A stretch of DNA of 64,000 nt from an uncultured Ignavibacteriaceae bacterium (GCA_964561045.1 CAZLOL010000001.1:23450-87449), one strand, 5' to 3'; positions 1 to 9,611 are shown, counted from the first letter of the stretch. A program made the numbers and translations. The notes: generated by a model not told the origin, from the sequence alone.

Positions 1-797
1 TCAAATCACCTGAAGAACTTGAAAGTAAAGGTGCGAGTGTACTTTCCTGGATCCCCAAAATTGAAGCAATAGGTAAAAACGGTCAGAGCACTCCTGAATT
101 TATCGTAGGTAATAAATCAAATTCAGCTGCTTCAGAAGCATTTAAGGCATTAAGAACGAGAATACAATTCTCAAAGCTTGAATCTGAACAATTGAAGACA
201 ATTCTTGTAACAAGTTCCATTCCGTTTGAAGGAAAGACAATTGTAGCTTCGAATCTTGCAGGGTCATTTGCACAGGCTGGTAAAAAAGTATTAATAGTTG
301 ATTGTGATTTAAGAAAACCAAGAATTCATAATGTATTTGAAACTGATAAATTTCCGGGACTGAGTGATTATTTGTTCACCAATGTTACTCTTGAAGATAT
401 TACCAAACGAACACCGATGGATAATTTATATTTTATCACAAGCGGAACCATACCTCCGAATCCGTCAGAGCTTCTGGGTTCGGTACAGATGAAGCAGTTT
501 ATTCATAAGCTTAAGGAAATTTATGACATAATCATAATTGACTCTCCTCCGTTTATTACAGTTACTGATTCGGAAATTCTTTATAACATAACTGATGGTA
601 CTGTGCTCGTTTGTCAGGCTAATAAAACTCCTGCTGATGCTTTCTGGAAAACCTATGACAGACTGAGCAAGAAGTATCCGCATCATCTCCTTGGTTGCGT
701 ACTGAATAACTTCAACTTTAAGAGCTCTTACGGCTATTATTATAATTACTATTATTATTATTCTCAGCCGGAAGCAAATAAAAAAATATTAAAGTAA
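1..797 (+). CDS. wzc: Tyrosine-protein kinase (BY-kinase, fused Wzc/Etk type), C-terminal part; 5' end outside window
   Basis: Frame +3 is open from base 3 with no stop, so the ORF-track TTG at 192 is internal. The upstream translation KSPEELESKGASVLSWIP...SEAFKALRTRIQF matches the Wzc linker and kinase entry. Walker A PFEGKT, Walker A' VLIVDCDLRKP and Walker B IIIIDSPP are present. The C-terminal Tyr cluster reads SSYGYYYNYYYYYS. Confidence 0.85.
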   Translation, partial: KSPEELESKGASVLSWIPKIEAIGKNGQSTPEFIVGNKSNSAASEAFKALRTRIQFSKLESEQLKTILVTSSIPFEGKTIVASNLAGSFAQAGKKVLIVDCDLRKPRIHNVFETDKFPGLSDYLFTNVTLEDITKRTPMDNLYFITSGTIPPNPSELLGSVQMKQFIHKLKEIYDIIIIDSPPFITVTDSEILYNITDGTVLVCQANKTPADAFWKTYDRLSKKYPHHLLGCVLNNFNFKSSYGYYYNYYYYYSQPEANKKILK

Positions 798-935
798 ATA
801 ATGTTTAGCTTTAGTATTCTAATCAAACATTTAAAAATTTTTTTCTAAAATTTTTTTATATCTTTTTTTCACAGAATTTCTGAATAACGGATAATTATTT
901 TATGCAAAGCCTGAATATAAATTTATGATAAGTAA

Positions 936-1793
936 ATGAGTAAAATTACTTCTGAATCCGACTGGACTTTAGAAATAAAACCTGTTTCAGGTTGGTTCAA
1001 CTTTCATCTCAAGGACGTATGGAGATACCGCGATCTGCTTTTTATGTTTGTAAGAAGAGATTTTGTTTCAGTATATAAACAGACAATTCTTGGACCATTC
1101 TGGTTTTTCCTTCAGCCAATCTTAACTACCATCACTTTTACGATTGTTTTCGGAAACATAGCAAAAATACCGACGGATGGAATTCCTCCTATACTTTTTT
1201 ATATGTCAGGAATTGTATGCTGGGGTTATTTTGCGGATTGCCTGACAAGAACGTCTTCAACTTTTATTGCCAATGCAAATATTTTCGGTAAAGTTTATTT
1301 TCCTAGGCTAGTAAGCCCTCTGTCTAATATAATTTCATTGCTGATGAAATTTGGAATTCAGATGTTACTTTTGATTGGATTCCTTATATATTTTAAATTA
1401 AACGGTTCTGATGTAAATCCAAATATATACATACTTTTAACACCTTATCTGATCTTTCTAATGGCAGGACTCGGGCTTGGATTTGGAATCATTGTATCTT
1501 CTCTTACAACAAAATACAGAGATTTGTCTTTTCTTGTAGGATTTGGAGTGCAGCTTCTAATGTACGCCACGCCGGTTATATATCCTTTATCGGCAGCACC
1601 GGAAAAATACCGATGGATAATTCTGGCAAATCCAATGACTGCAATAATTGATACATTCAGGTTTGCTTATCTTGGTGCAGGTACATTTAATGCCGGAAAT
1701 TTAATTTACAGCTCTGTTTTTATGCTGATAGTGATGGCAATAGGAATAGTGATATTTAACAGAGTTGAGAAAACATTTATGGATACTGTATAA
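936..1793 (+). CDS. wzm: ABC-2 type polysaccharide exporter permease (Wzm/TagG/KpsM family)
   Basis: 285 aa with about 6 hydrophobic helices. The N-terminal WRYRDLLFMFVRRDFVSVYKQTILGPFWFFLQP is the typical ABC-2 permease signature region. It lies directly upstream of a Wzt-type ATPase. Confidence 0.85.
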   Translation: MSKITSESDWTLEIKPVSGWFNFHLKDVWRYRDLLFMFVRRDFVSVYKQTILGPFWFFLQPILTTITFTIVFGNIAKIPTDGIPPILFYMSGIVCWGYFADCLTRTSSTFIANANIFGKVYFPRLVSPLSNIISLLMKFGIQMLLLIGFLIYFKLNGSDVNPNIYILLTPYLIFLMAGLGLGFGIIVSSLTTKYRDLSFLVGFGVQLLMYATPVIYPLSAAPEKYRWIILANPMTAIIDTFRFAYLGAGTFNAGNLIYSSVFMLIVMAIGIVIFNRVEKTFMDTV

Positions 1794-1803
1794 AAAATAT
1801 ACT

Positions 1804-2524
1804 ATGAGTGAAGTCATCAGAGTAGACGGTCTTTCCAAGTTATACAGGCTAGGACTTGTCGGTACAAGAACTATAGCTGAAGACCTTAACAGGTTATGGG
1901 CTAGATTTACCGGCAAAGAAGATCCGTATTTGAAAATAGGTGAAACAAACAACAGAATAGTAAAAGGTAAAACTGAATTTGTATGGGCTTTAAATGATAT
2001 TAATTTCGGGGTTAATCACGGCGAAAGATTCGGCATAATCGGAAAAAACGGTGCCGGAAAATCTACTTTATTGAAAATTCTTTCAAGAGTAGCTAGTCCT
2101 ACTAAAGGTTCTGTCAAAGTGAAAGGAAGAGTAGCAAGTCTTCTTGAAGTCGGTACCGGATTTCATCCTGAACTTACGGGAAGAGATAATATTTTTCTAA
2201 ACGGTTCAATTCTTGGTATGTCCCAAACTGAAATAAAAGGTAAGTTTGACAGTATAGTGGATTTCTCGGGAGTGGAAAGATATATAGACACACCGGTCAA
2301 AAGATATTCATCAGGAATGTATGTAAGACTGGCATTTGCAGTAGCAGCACATCTGGAACCGGAGATACTGATAGTAGATGAAGTGCTTGCAGTAGGGGAT
2401 GCGGAATTTCAAAAAAAATGTCTTGGCAAAATGCATGATGTATCCGAAAATGAAGGCAGAACAGTTCTTTTTGTAAGTCATAATTTACAGGCAATTAAGA
2501 ACCTGTGTCAGAAAACAATTATTT
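1804..2524 (+). repeat. Paralogous ~0.7-kb wzt NBD-coding segment, copy 1 of 3 (end approximate)
   Basis: It shares long nucleotide-identical runs with copy 2, e.g. aaaagatattcatcaggaatgtatgtaag and tttcaaaaaaaatgtcttgg. Its protein is colinear with copies 2 and 3. Confidence 0.7.
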
Positions 2525-3135
2525 TAAACAACGGGGAATTGTTTGCAAGCGGTCCGACTGCAGAGACATTAAATTCCTACAATGAACTTGTAAGGGATAT
2601 AAAAATAGATTCAAAAACTGAAGTAAATAATATTCTCAACAGAAGAGGAAACGGCAATATAAGATTTTCGGGGATTGATGTAATTGACAGACAGGGGAAG
2701 AGAAGATTTCAATATGATATAGGTGAGAGCATAAGATTTAAAATTTCCTATGAAGTATTTAAGGAGATGAAGGGTATCAGGATTATTGTTGCGCTTTTAT
2801 CGGGATTGTCAAGAGAATGTCTGACAGCAGCAAATTTTGAATTAACAAACAAAAGGATCTATCCGGGTTCAAAAGGAGAAATAGAACTGGAGTTTCCGGA
2901 CATATACATCAAACCCGGTGAGTATCCGTTATATTTTGAATTAATAGATTCAGAATTCAACTCATATTCAAAGGATGTTCTGGATGACTTAACAGCTCCG
3001 CTTGTCATTAAAGGCGGATCAAATGTCCGAAACACAGATTTTCATCCGGACATTCCATCGGGATTTTTTGCCATACCTTCCAGGATACTGGCAAATGAAG
3101 TAATATCTCACAGTATATTAAACGAGTCTGCTTAG
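1804..3135 (+). CDS. wzt: Polysaccharide ABC exporter ATP-binding protein with C-terminal extension (Wzt/TagH type), copy 1
   Basis: The ORF-track start 1765 overlaps wzm. The ATG at 1804 gives MSEVIRVDGLSKLYRLG, colinear with the two paralogs. Walker A GKNGAGKST, signature YSSGM, Walker B ILIVDEVLAVGD and H-loop FVSHN are present. About 190 aa of extra C-terminal domain follow the NBD. Confidence 0.9.
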   Translation: MSEVIRVDGLSKLYRLGLVGTRTIAEDLNRLWARFTGKEDPYLKIGETNNRIVKGKTEFVWALNDINFGVNHGERFGIIGKNGAGKSTLLKILSRVASPTKGSVKVKGRVASLLEVGTGFHPELTGRDNIFLNGSILGMSQTEIKGKFDSIVDFSGVERYIDTPVKRYSSGMYVRLAFAVAAHLEPEILIVDEVLAVGDAEFQKKCLGKMHDVSENEGRTVLFVSHNLQAIKNLCQKTIILNNGELFASGPTAETLNSYNELVRDIKIDSKTEVNNILNRRGNGNIRFSGIDVIDRQGKRRFQYDIGESIRFKISYEVFKEMKGIRIIVALLSGLSRECLTAANFELTNKRIYPGSKGEIELEFPDIYIKPGEYPLYFELIDSEFNSYSKDVLDDLTAPLVIKGGSNVRNTDFHPDIPSGFFAIPSRILANEVISHSILNESA

Positions 3136-3220
3136 TTCTGATTTTAAAGTACGGTATTGAATAATATTATATTTAAAAAAGTTTTCTTTTTTTAAAATAT
3201 TAAATAATACAAGTTAAATT

Positions 3221-4210
3221 ATGAGAACATTATTAAGTGATGATTTTTTAGACAAATCACCACCTCTTTATTCGGGAGGGGTCATATCAAATGTGCTTGG
3301 TCTTCATATTTTAAGAACAGTTTATTTAAATATCTGGAGAATGAAACCCAGAAAAGTCAGAAAGGAGATCAGACATTATGTTAATACTCTTGAAAAGGAA
3401 GGGATACTTATCATTCCGGATTTTTTCCCGAAAGAGCAATTCGATGAGATAAAAAAAGAATTTGATCAGACTTATTCAGGCTGGTCACCGTTTGACTTTA
3501 AGAAGGAAGAATTCTCAAAGAGACAAAATGATTTTCCTGAATATTTCCAGACGATAGCAGAAAAAATTACATCGCCAAATACACCTGCTTTCACAAAGTA
3601 TTTTGTCAACAATCCTTTAATAGATGAAATTACTTCTGCAGTTGTGCACAGGAAAAACCGTTTAACTCCGCATTATCATTTCTGGTATCTTCAGCGCAGG
3701 ACACTTGAGAACGAAAATGCAGATCACCTTCATTCAGCTGCTTTTCCTCATGCAGATGTACCTTACCCTACAATAAAAGTTTTTATGTATCTAAATGATG
3801 TGGATGAATCCAATGCTGCATACATTTACGCCAAAGGTTCACACAAGCTTACACTGAAAAGACTGCTGTTTGAATATAAGCTAAGCGTCAGATATGCAAA
3901 GACAAAAAATGACATTGTTACCAATGAGGATATTGCTTCGCTCGGATATTATCCTGAGAATATATGCGGAAAAGCAAACACATTATTTATTTCAAATAAC
4001 ATGGGCTATCACAACAGAGGAGAGTTTAAAACACTTGAGCCCAGACTTACAGCCCAGCTGGATTACAGGCATCTTGAAACATGGAGAAACAAATTAGCAA
4101 GGAAAGATTCATCTCTGATTTCAAAAATATCCAGAAGAATAGTAAAATCCATAGACAAAGCTAAAAAAGAAAAACTGCGTGCAAGTCTCAGTCATAATAA
4201 CATGTCATAA
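3221..4210 (+). CDS. PhyH-like Fe(II)/2-oxoglutarate dioxygenase family protein (motif-level call)
   Basis: 329 aa. It has an HxD motif (AAFPHADVPY) and a distal His/Arg region (NNMGYHNRGEF), with the spacing expected for the PhyH double-stranded beta-helix fold. Confidence 0.45.
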   Translation: MRTLLSDDFLDKSPPLYSGGVISNVLGLHILRTVYLNIWRMKPRKVRKEIRHYVNTLEKEGILIIPDFFPKEQFDEIKKEFDQTYSGWSPFDFKKEEFSKRQNDFPEYFQTIAEKITSPNTPAFTKYFVNNPLIDEITSAVVHRKNRLTPHYHFWYLQRRTLENENADHLHSAAFPHADVPYPTIKVFMYLNDVDESNAAYIYAKGSHKLTLKRLLFEYKLSVRYAKTKNDIVTNEDIASLGYYPENICGKANTLFISNNMGYHNRGEFKTLEPRLTAQLDYRHLETWRNKLARKDSSLISKISRRIVKSIDKAKKEKLRASLSHNNMS

Positions 4211-4823
4211 TTACGCCCGTTATCTTTCAAGGGCAATAAGAAGTGTTATCAATCAAACGCTTGACAGGGATGATTATGAGATCATAGTGGTAAACGATGC
4301 GAGCACAGATGAAACCGAAAAAGTAATGAAAACTTATTCGGGGAGGATCAAGCCTTTAACTTTAACAAAAAATGCCGGGCTTGCCGCCGCTCGAAATGAG
4401 GGCATTAAATCTGCTCTCGGAAGATATGTAGTAAATCTGGATGCTGACGATTATGTTGATGAAAATTTATTGCTGGTTGAAATGTTATTCCTCAATTTTA
4501 ATTCAACATGGGATGCTGTATCATGTGACTATTATTTAGTAGATGAAAATGAAAAGCATATAGGCAGGATCAGCGGTTCAGAAAAGCCGATTGCCTGCGG
4601 TGTAATGTTCAGAACGGATCTTCTATTTGGAATTGGTTTGTACGATGAAAATTTTAAAATGAGGGAAGATGAGGATCTGCGTTTAAGATTTGAAAAGAAT
4701 CATAATATAAAAAATTTAGAACTACCGCTTTACAGATACAGGAAGCATGACAATAACATGACAAATAATAAGGAAGGCATGGCTAAATACAAAAAAATAC
4801 TTAAGTCCAAACACAAAGATTAA
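4179..4823 (+). CDS. Glycosyltransferase family 2 (short, GT-A domain only)
   Basis: GTG start with a 32-nt overlap on the upstream gene. Motifs: VSVIITCHNYARYLSRAIRSVINQT, YEIIVVNDASTDET, NLDADD. Confidence 0.8.
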   Translation: MQVSVIITCHNYARYLSRAIRSVINQTLDRDDYEIIVVNDASTDETEKVMKTYSGRIKPLTLTKNAGLAAARNEGIKSALGRYVVNLDADDYVDENLLLVEMLFLNFNSTWDAVSCDYYLVDENEKHIGRISGSEKPIACGVMFRTDLLFGIGLYDENFKMREDEDLRLRFEKNHNIKNLELPLYRYRKHDNNMTNNKEGMAKYKKILKSKHKD

Positions 4824-4844
4824 CAACAATCCCCTTCTTTAAAT

Positions 4845-5585
4845 TTGAGTAACATTGCCTTCATAGCTGCAAGGATGGGTTCAGAAAGACTGCCCGGTAA
4901 AGTAATCAAAAAACTCTGCGGAATTCCTTCTTTAGTTCATATTTTTAATATATTAAAAGATTGCAGGAAGCTTGATGATTTTGCAGTTGTCACAACTGTG
5001 CTTGCAGAAGATGATATTATTGAAAAGATCTGCAGAGACAATTCCGTAAAAATAATAAGAGGTTCAGTTCATGATGTGCTGGACAGATTCAGGTTAGCAG
5101 CAGAAATATTGAAACCGGACAGGATCGTCAGGGTTACGGGTGATGATCCGTTAATGGATCCTGAAATCATTGATCATGTAATAGAAGAGCACTGCAAGGG
5201 AAACTTTGATTATACATCAAACATTGTTGATCGGACATATCCCAGAGGGATGGATACGGAAGTGATCGAGCTCGAAGCGCTTAAAAGATGCTGGAGGAGT
5301 TCTTCGGATAAAGATGATCATGAACACGTAACTCTTTATATAAGAAGACACCCTGAACTTTTCAGGATTCATAGTGTCAGAAAAGAAGGAAAATCCATTG
5401 ATGATCTCAGATTATGTCTTGATACCGAGGAGGATTACAATTTAATTTCAGAAATTTACAATAGTCTTTATAAGAACGAACCTATAAGGCTGAAAGACAT
5501 TAATGAATTTCTTGAAAAAAATCCTGAGCTCAGTGAATTAAATTCCTGTATAGAACAAAAAGCAGTTAAGGGAAAAATTTTTTAA
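4845..5585 (+). CDS. Cytidylyltransferase, CMP-KDO/CMP-nonulosonate synthetase family (SpsF/PseF-like), copy 1
   Basis: TTG start is forced, because the conserved IAFIAARMGSERLPGKV begins at residue 4. Further motifs: VTGDDPLMDP, PRGMDTEV, DHEHVTLY, LRLCLDTEEDY. Confidence 0.8.
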   Translation: MSNIAFIAARMGSERLPGKVIKKLCGIPSLVHIFNILKDCRKLDDFAVVTTVLAEDDIIEKICRDNSVKIIRGSVHDVLDRFRLAAEILKPDRIVRVTGDDPLMDPEIIDHVIEEHCKGNFDYTSNIVDRTYPRGMDTEVIELEALKRCWRSSSDKDDHEHVTLYIRRHPELFRIHSVRKEGKSIDDLRLCLDTEEDYNLISEIYNSLYKNEPIRLKDINEFLEKNPELSELNSCIEQKAVKGKIF

Positions 5586-5616
5586 TTAAAAAATATACTA
5601 ATCTACATAAATCTTA

Positions 5617-6279
5617 ATGATTAAACTTCCGGATTTCAGCAGGGCTTACGAGTATGAGAATGAATTTTATCTCTCCTGCGACAAGCAGAGAATTGGCAAA
5701 CTAATAGCTCATTATGAACTTTTTAAAATGTCACAGAACACAGAGGGTGAAATTATTGAATGCGGCGTATTTAAAGGAGCATCACTCGTGAGGTTTGCAA
5801 TGTTCAGAAAATTATTTCAAAGTAAATTTGAAAAGAAGATTATAGGTTTTGATTCATTTGCAGAATTTCCGCATACTGATTTTGAAGCTGATAAAAAGTT
5901 AAGGGATCACATTGTAAAGGAAGCAGGCGAGCAAAGCATATCGACCGATCAGCTGATGGAAGTTCTGAAAAATAAGAGCTGTGATTATTCAGTTGAACTG
6001 ATAGCAGGAGACATTACATTAACTTTACCTGAATATGTTAAAAAGAATCCTGACCTGAAAATATCACTTCTGAATCTTGATACTGATATTTACGAACCAT
6101 CCGTTACGATCCTTGAAAACTTATACCCGAGGCTGCAGAAAGGCGGAATACTTATTCTTGATGATTACAATGTCTTTCCGGGAGAGACAAAAGCAGCGGA
6201 TGATTATTTCAAAGGAAAGAATGTAAGCATAAAAAATTTTCCATTCAGCAATACTCCATATTATCTTATAAAAGAATAA
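5617..6279 (+). CDS. TylF/MycF-family (macrocin-type) SAM-dependent O-methyltransferase
   Basis: Motifs: ECGVFKGASLVRF ... LNLDTDIYEPSVTILENLYPRLQKGGILILDDY. Confidence 0.7.
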   Translation: MIKLPDFSRAYEYENEFYLSCDKQRIGKLIAHYELFKMSQNTEGEIIECGVFKGASLVRFAMFRKLFQSKFEKKIIGFDSFAEFPHTDFEADKKLRDHIVKEAGEQSISTDQLMEVLKNKSCDYSVELIAGDITLTLPEYVKKNPDLKISLLNLDTDIYEPSVTILENLYPRLQKGGILILDDYNVFPGETKAADDYFKGKNVSIKNFPFSNTPYYLIKE

Positions 6280-6306
6280 TAATTATTAAAAAATTTTTAA
6301 ATTAGT

Positions 6307-7281
6307 TTGACAATTCTTTTCATCGGTCTTGGTTCGATAGGTCAGAGACATCTGAGAATATTAAAAAATATTGGAGAGCATAGTATTTTAGCAATTCGTT
6401 CCGGAAAAGGAAAGAATGCTGCCTCTGCGTTGGTTGAAACTGAATATGCTGACATTAAAGAACTCGCCGGTACAGATATTGACGGGGCAGTGATATCCAA
6501 TCCTACGTCATTACATATTGAAACAGCCATAGAAATTGCAAAGCTTGGGATACCACTATTCATAGAAAAACCTCTTGGAAAAAACCTTGACAGGATAAAT
6601 GAATTAGAGAAAATTGTAAAAGAGAAAAATGTTCCTGTTCTAATGGGTTATAATCTGTTGCATCATCCGTGTATTGAGGCCATAAAAAAATTTACGGACG
6701 AAGGAAGAATCGGAAAAGTCATTGCAGCAAGATCTCAATTCGGAACATTTATGCCTGACTGGCATAAAGATGAAGATTTTAAAAATTCTTATGCTGCAAA
6801 AGTATCTCTGGGCGGAGGCGTTATTTTAACATCTATTCACGAGCAGAACTATTTGACCGACTTATTCGGGAAAGCAGAGCATGTGAAGGCAATGGAGGTC
6901 GGCGGAAAAAATATTGGCATAGAAGCGGAAGAAGGTGTTGAGATTTTAATGAAACATACAAGCGGAGTTGTTTCCAACATTCATCTGAATTTTTTTCAAA
7001 AGCCGTATTACAGAAATTGCCAGGTTATAGGAACAGAGGGAACTTTGTTCTGGGATTTTATGATTCCCGAATTAAAAATAATGTATAAAGATAAAACGGA
7101 AATAATTAAATTTGGAAACGGTCCTATGGAATTATTAGAAGCAAGTTATATAAAACAAATGCAGCATTTTCTGGATATCATCGAAAATAGATCTGAACCA
7201 AGAATGAATCTGACAAGCGGAATAGAAGATTTGAAAGTTGCTTTAAAAATATTATCGGAAACAGGAAGAAATTATAATTAA
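6307..7281 (+). CDS. Gfo/Idh/MocA family NAD(P)-dependent oxidoreductase, copy 1
   Basis: TTG start. The N-terminal Rossmann motif ILFIGLGSIGQRHL begins at residue 3, and FIEKP is present. Confidence 0.8.
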   Translation: MTILFIGLGSIGQRHLRILKNIGEHSILAIRSGKGKNAASALVETEYADIKELAGTDIDGAVISNPTSLHIETAIEIAKLGIPLFIEKPLGKNLDRINELEKIVKEKNVPVLMGYNLLHHPCIEAIKKFTDEGRIGKVIAARSQFGTFMPDWHKDEDFKNSYAAKVSLGGGVILTSIHEQNYLTDLFGKAEHVKAMEVGGKNIGIEAEEGVEILMKHTSGVVSNIHLNFFQKPYYRNCQVIGTEGTLFWDFMIPELKIMYKDKTEIIKFGNGPMELLEASYIKQMQHFLDIIENRSEPRMNLTSGIEDLKVALKILSETGRNYN

Positions 7282-7287
7282 AAAAAT

Positions 7288-8109
7288 ATGGAATTAAGAA
7301 CAACAAATCCCGAAGAAATAGATTTCAGGAAAAAATTTGATCTGAAAGATAAAGTTATTATAGTAACAGGCGGAATGGGGTTGATAGGCAGGGCATTTGC
7401 CGAAGGATGCGCTCAGTACGGAGCAAATGTTGTAATAGCAGACAGAAAAGGTGCAGGATCAGAAGAGCATGCAGGCAATATGGCAAAAAGATTTAACAGA
7501 GAGATGCTCGGAGTTACTTTTGATGTTGGTAAAAGAGAGGATGTCGAAAAGTTGAAGTCTTATGTACTTGATAAATTCGGAAGGATAGACGGACTTGTGA
7601 ACTGTCATCAGAATAAGACAGCAAAATTTTTTGCAAAGTATGAAGAATATAAGGATGAGGACTGGGATGCTGTGATCGAAACAAATCTGAAAGGCACATA
7701 TCTTACCTGTCAGGTTATCGGCTGTTATATGGCAGAGATAGGAAGAGGATCCATAATAAATATGCCGTCAACATATTCAGTAGTTGCGCCAAATCAGAAT
7801 TTATACAAAGGAACAAGCATAGGTTGTCCTGCTGCATATTCGGCATCTAAAGGAGGTGTAATGGCACTGTCGCAGTATCTGTCTACATACTGGGCAGATA
7901 AAGGAGTGCGTGTAAATCAAATCACGCCTCACGGAGTATGGAACAATCATGAGGAACAGTTTGAAAAGAATTTTGCCAACTTCTCTCCATTGAAAAGAAT
8001 GAGTTACAATCATGAAGTAGCCGGAGCGGCTATTTTTTTATTGTCGGATGCTTCGAGTTATGTGACGGGACATAACCTTGTAGTTGACGGCGGATGGACG
8101 GCGTGGTAA
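7288..8109 (+). CDS. Classical short-chain dehydrogenase/reductase (SDR)
   Basis: Glycine-rich loop VTGGMGLIGRAF and active site YSASKGG (YxxxK). Confidence 0.85.
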   Translation: MELRTTNPEEIDFRKKFDLKDKVIIVTGGMGLIGRAFAEGCAQYGANVVIADRKGAGSEEHAGNMAKRFNREMLGVTFDVGKREDVEKLKSYVLDKFGRIDGLVNCHQNKTAKFFAKYEEYKDEDWDAVIETNLKGTYLTCQVIGCYMAEIGRGSIINMPSTYSVVAPNQNLYKGTSIGCPAAYSASKGGVMALSQYLSTYWADKGVRVNQITPHGVWNNHEEQFEKNFANFSPLKRMSYNHEVAGAAIFLLSDASSYVTGHNLVVDGGWTAW

Positions 8110-8151
8110 AACATAATTTCAAATTACAAATTACTAATAGATAAAATAAAA

Positions 8152-8460
8152 TTGGTAAGATATACTTTTCTGATATGTATTACGCTGGTCAATTACTTAT
8201 TAATTTTAAATTTTATTTTTGATAACAATAAATATTACAACAAAGAGTTGTTTGTAGATTCATTATGGGTATTTGTTTCTCCTGTTATATTTTTTATTCT
8301 GATGTTAATACTTTTTGTTGAAACATTTTTTAATATAAATAAATTGAAAAATAATAATATTTGCAAATTGTCTTATTCTTATAACTTAATACTTTCTATT
8401 ATTCATACTTTTAATTCCTTCAGGTATATTAATGCAATGGTTGACGGAGGATTGATTTGA
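8152..8460 (+). CDS. Doubtful small hydrophobic ORF in a very AT-rich gap (may be non-coding)
   Basis: TTG start, 102 aa, rich in Asn/Ile/Leu/Phe, with 2-3 hydrophobic stretches and no recognisable motif. It sits in the only ~400-bp gap of this gene block. Confidence 0.2.
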   Translation: MVRYTFLICITLVNYLLILNFIFDNNKYYNKELFVDSLWVFVSPVIFFILMLILFVETFFNINKLKNNNICKLSYSYNLILSIIHTFNSFRYINAMVDGGLI

Positions 8461-8511
8461 AAAAAACTAAGTCTATTTATTTTTTATGATTACAGAAATT
8501 TAAAAATATTT

Positions 8512-9564
8512 ATGAATCTTTTAGAGATATTTAAAAATTACGATCCTGATATCATAAGCAGACCTTATGTGATAGCTGAAGCAGGTGTGAATCATGAAGG
8601 CAGCATGGATCTTGCAAAGAGGCTGATAGATGAAGCTGCTCACGGCGGAGCTGCTGCAATAAAATTTCAAACCTATAAAGCTGAATCATTAGCATCAAAA
8701 GAAAGTCCTTCTTACTGGGATCTGAATAAAGAACCAACGAGAAATCAGGTAGAGCTCTTTAAGAAGTATGATAAATTCTGGAAGAAAGAATACGAACAAT
8801 TAAAGGTAGAATGTGACAATGCCGGAATAGAGTTTCTTTCAACTCCATTCGATATCGATGCAGCGGATTTTTTAAACGATCTGATGCCGGCTTTTAAGAT
8901 ATCTTCATCTGACATTACGAATCTTCCTTTTATTAATTATATGTGTAAATTCGGCAAGCCGGTTATTTTATCTACGGGTGCGTCTGCGGTATGGGAAATT
9001 CAGCAGGCAGTAGAGCTGATAGAAGGATGCGGAAATCCGTTATCTTTGCTGCATTGTGTTTTGAACTATCCTACACTGGATGAGAATGCAAATCTGGGAA
9101 TGATACTCGATCAGAAGATCAAATTTCCGAAAGCTGTACCCGGATATTCGGATCATACACTGCCCGGAACAATGGAAGTTCTGAAGATAGCAAATCTGCT
9201 TGGAGCAGTAATACTTGAGAAGCATTTTACTTTTGACAAATCACTACCCGGAAATGATCATTATCATGCCATGGACATAAATGACCTTAAATATTTTTAT
9301 AAAGATATGGACAGGGTATTTATGTTAATAGGTGAATTTAAAAAGAAGCCTTTGTTAACCGAAGAAGATTCCATTAAAAATGCAAGAAGAAGTCTGGTCT
9401 CTAAAAGAAATATCCAGGCAGGTGAGACAGTAAGATTTGAGGATCTTACATGGAAGCGTCCCGGATCCGGTATAAGCCCAAGGCATATTGAAAGTGTTAT
9501 TGGAAAGAGAGCAGTTACTGACATAGCAGAAGATTCAGTCCTTAAGTGGAATATGTTTGAATAA
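8512..9564 (+). CDS. Nonulosonic acid synthase, NeuB/PseI/LegI/SpsE family
   Basis: The N-terminal YVIAEAGVNHEGSMDLAKRLIDEAAHGGAAAIKFQTYK is the NeuB TIM-barrel N-terminus. The C-terminal RRSLVSKRNIQAGETVRFEDLTWKRPGSG is a SAF-like domain. Confidence 0.9.
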   Translation: MNLLEIFKNYDPDIISRPYVIAEAGVNHEGSMDLAKRLIDEAAHGGAAAIKFQTYKAESLASKESPSYWDLNKEPTRNQVELFKKYDKFWKKEYEQLKVECDNAGIEFLSTPFDIDAADFLNDLMPAFKISSSDITNLPFINYMCKFGKPVILSTGASAVWEIQQAVELIEGCGNPLSLLHCVLNYPTLDENANLGMILDQKIKFPKAVPGYSDHTLPGTMEVLKIANLLGAVILEKHFTFDKSLPGNDHYHAMDINDLKYFYKDMDRVFMLIGEFKKKPLLTEEDSIKNARRSLVSKRNIQAGETVRFEDLTWKRPGSGISPRHIESVIGKRAVTDIAEDSVLKWNMFE

Positions 9565-9611
9565 GAAATTATAAATATAAATTAAAAAAAATTAATTAGG
9601 AGAATTATAAA

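Noticed and set aside
739-771. TAT/TAC codon micro-repeat encoding the BY-kinase C-terminal tyrosine cluster, considered as a possible variable trinucleotide repeat.
   Set aside because: It is a short, imperfect repeat that simply encodes the expected Tyr cluster of Wzc-type kinases. Nothing suggests instability.
800-845. Possible rho-independent terminator after wzc: aatgttt ... aaacatt stem followed by a T-run.
   Set aside because: The stem is only 7 bp, almost all A-T, with an ~18-nt loop, and the T-run is separated from it by an A-run. That is too weak to call. The 798..935 spacer may still contain a promoter for the wzm operon, but I could not identify convincing -35/-10 or Bacteroidetes-type elements.
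1765-1803. N-terminal extensions proposed by the ORF track for wzt copy 1 (1765), the KpsC/S-like gene (17461..17550) and the ArnC-like gene (43670..43798).
   Set aside because: Each extension overlaps the end of the preceding gene and has no homology-like content. The internal ATGs (1804, 17551, 43799) give N-termini colinear with paralogs or family consensus, and they sit at or just after the upstream stop.
3894-4097. Short same-strand ORFs nested out of frame inside annotated genes: 3894..4097, 15750..15962, 24850..25038, 34909..35094 and 39334..39516.
   Set aside because: They are 60-70 aa, lie out of frame inside genes with clear family motifs, and have no motifs of their own. These are chance ORFs.
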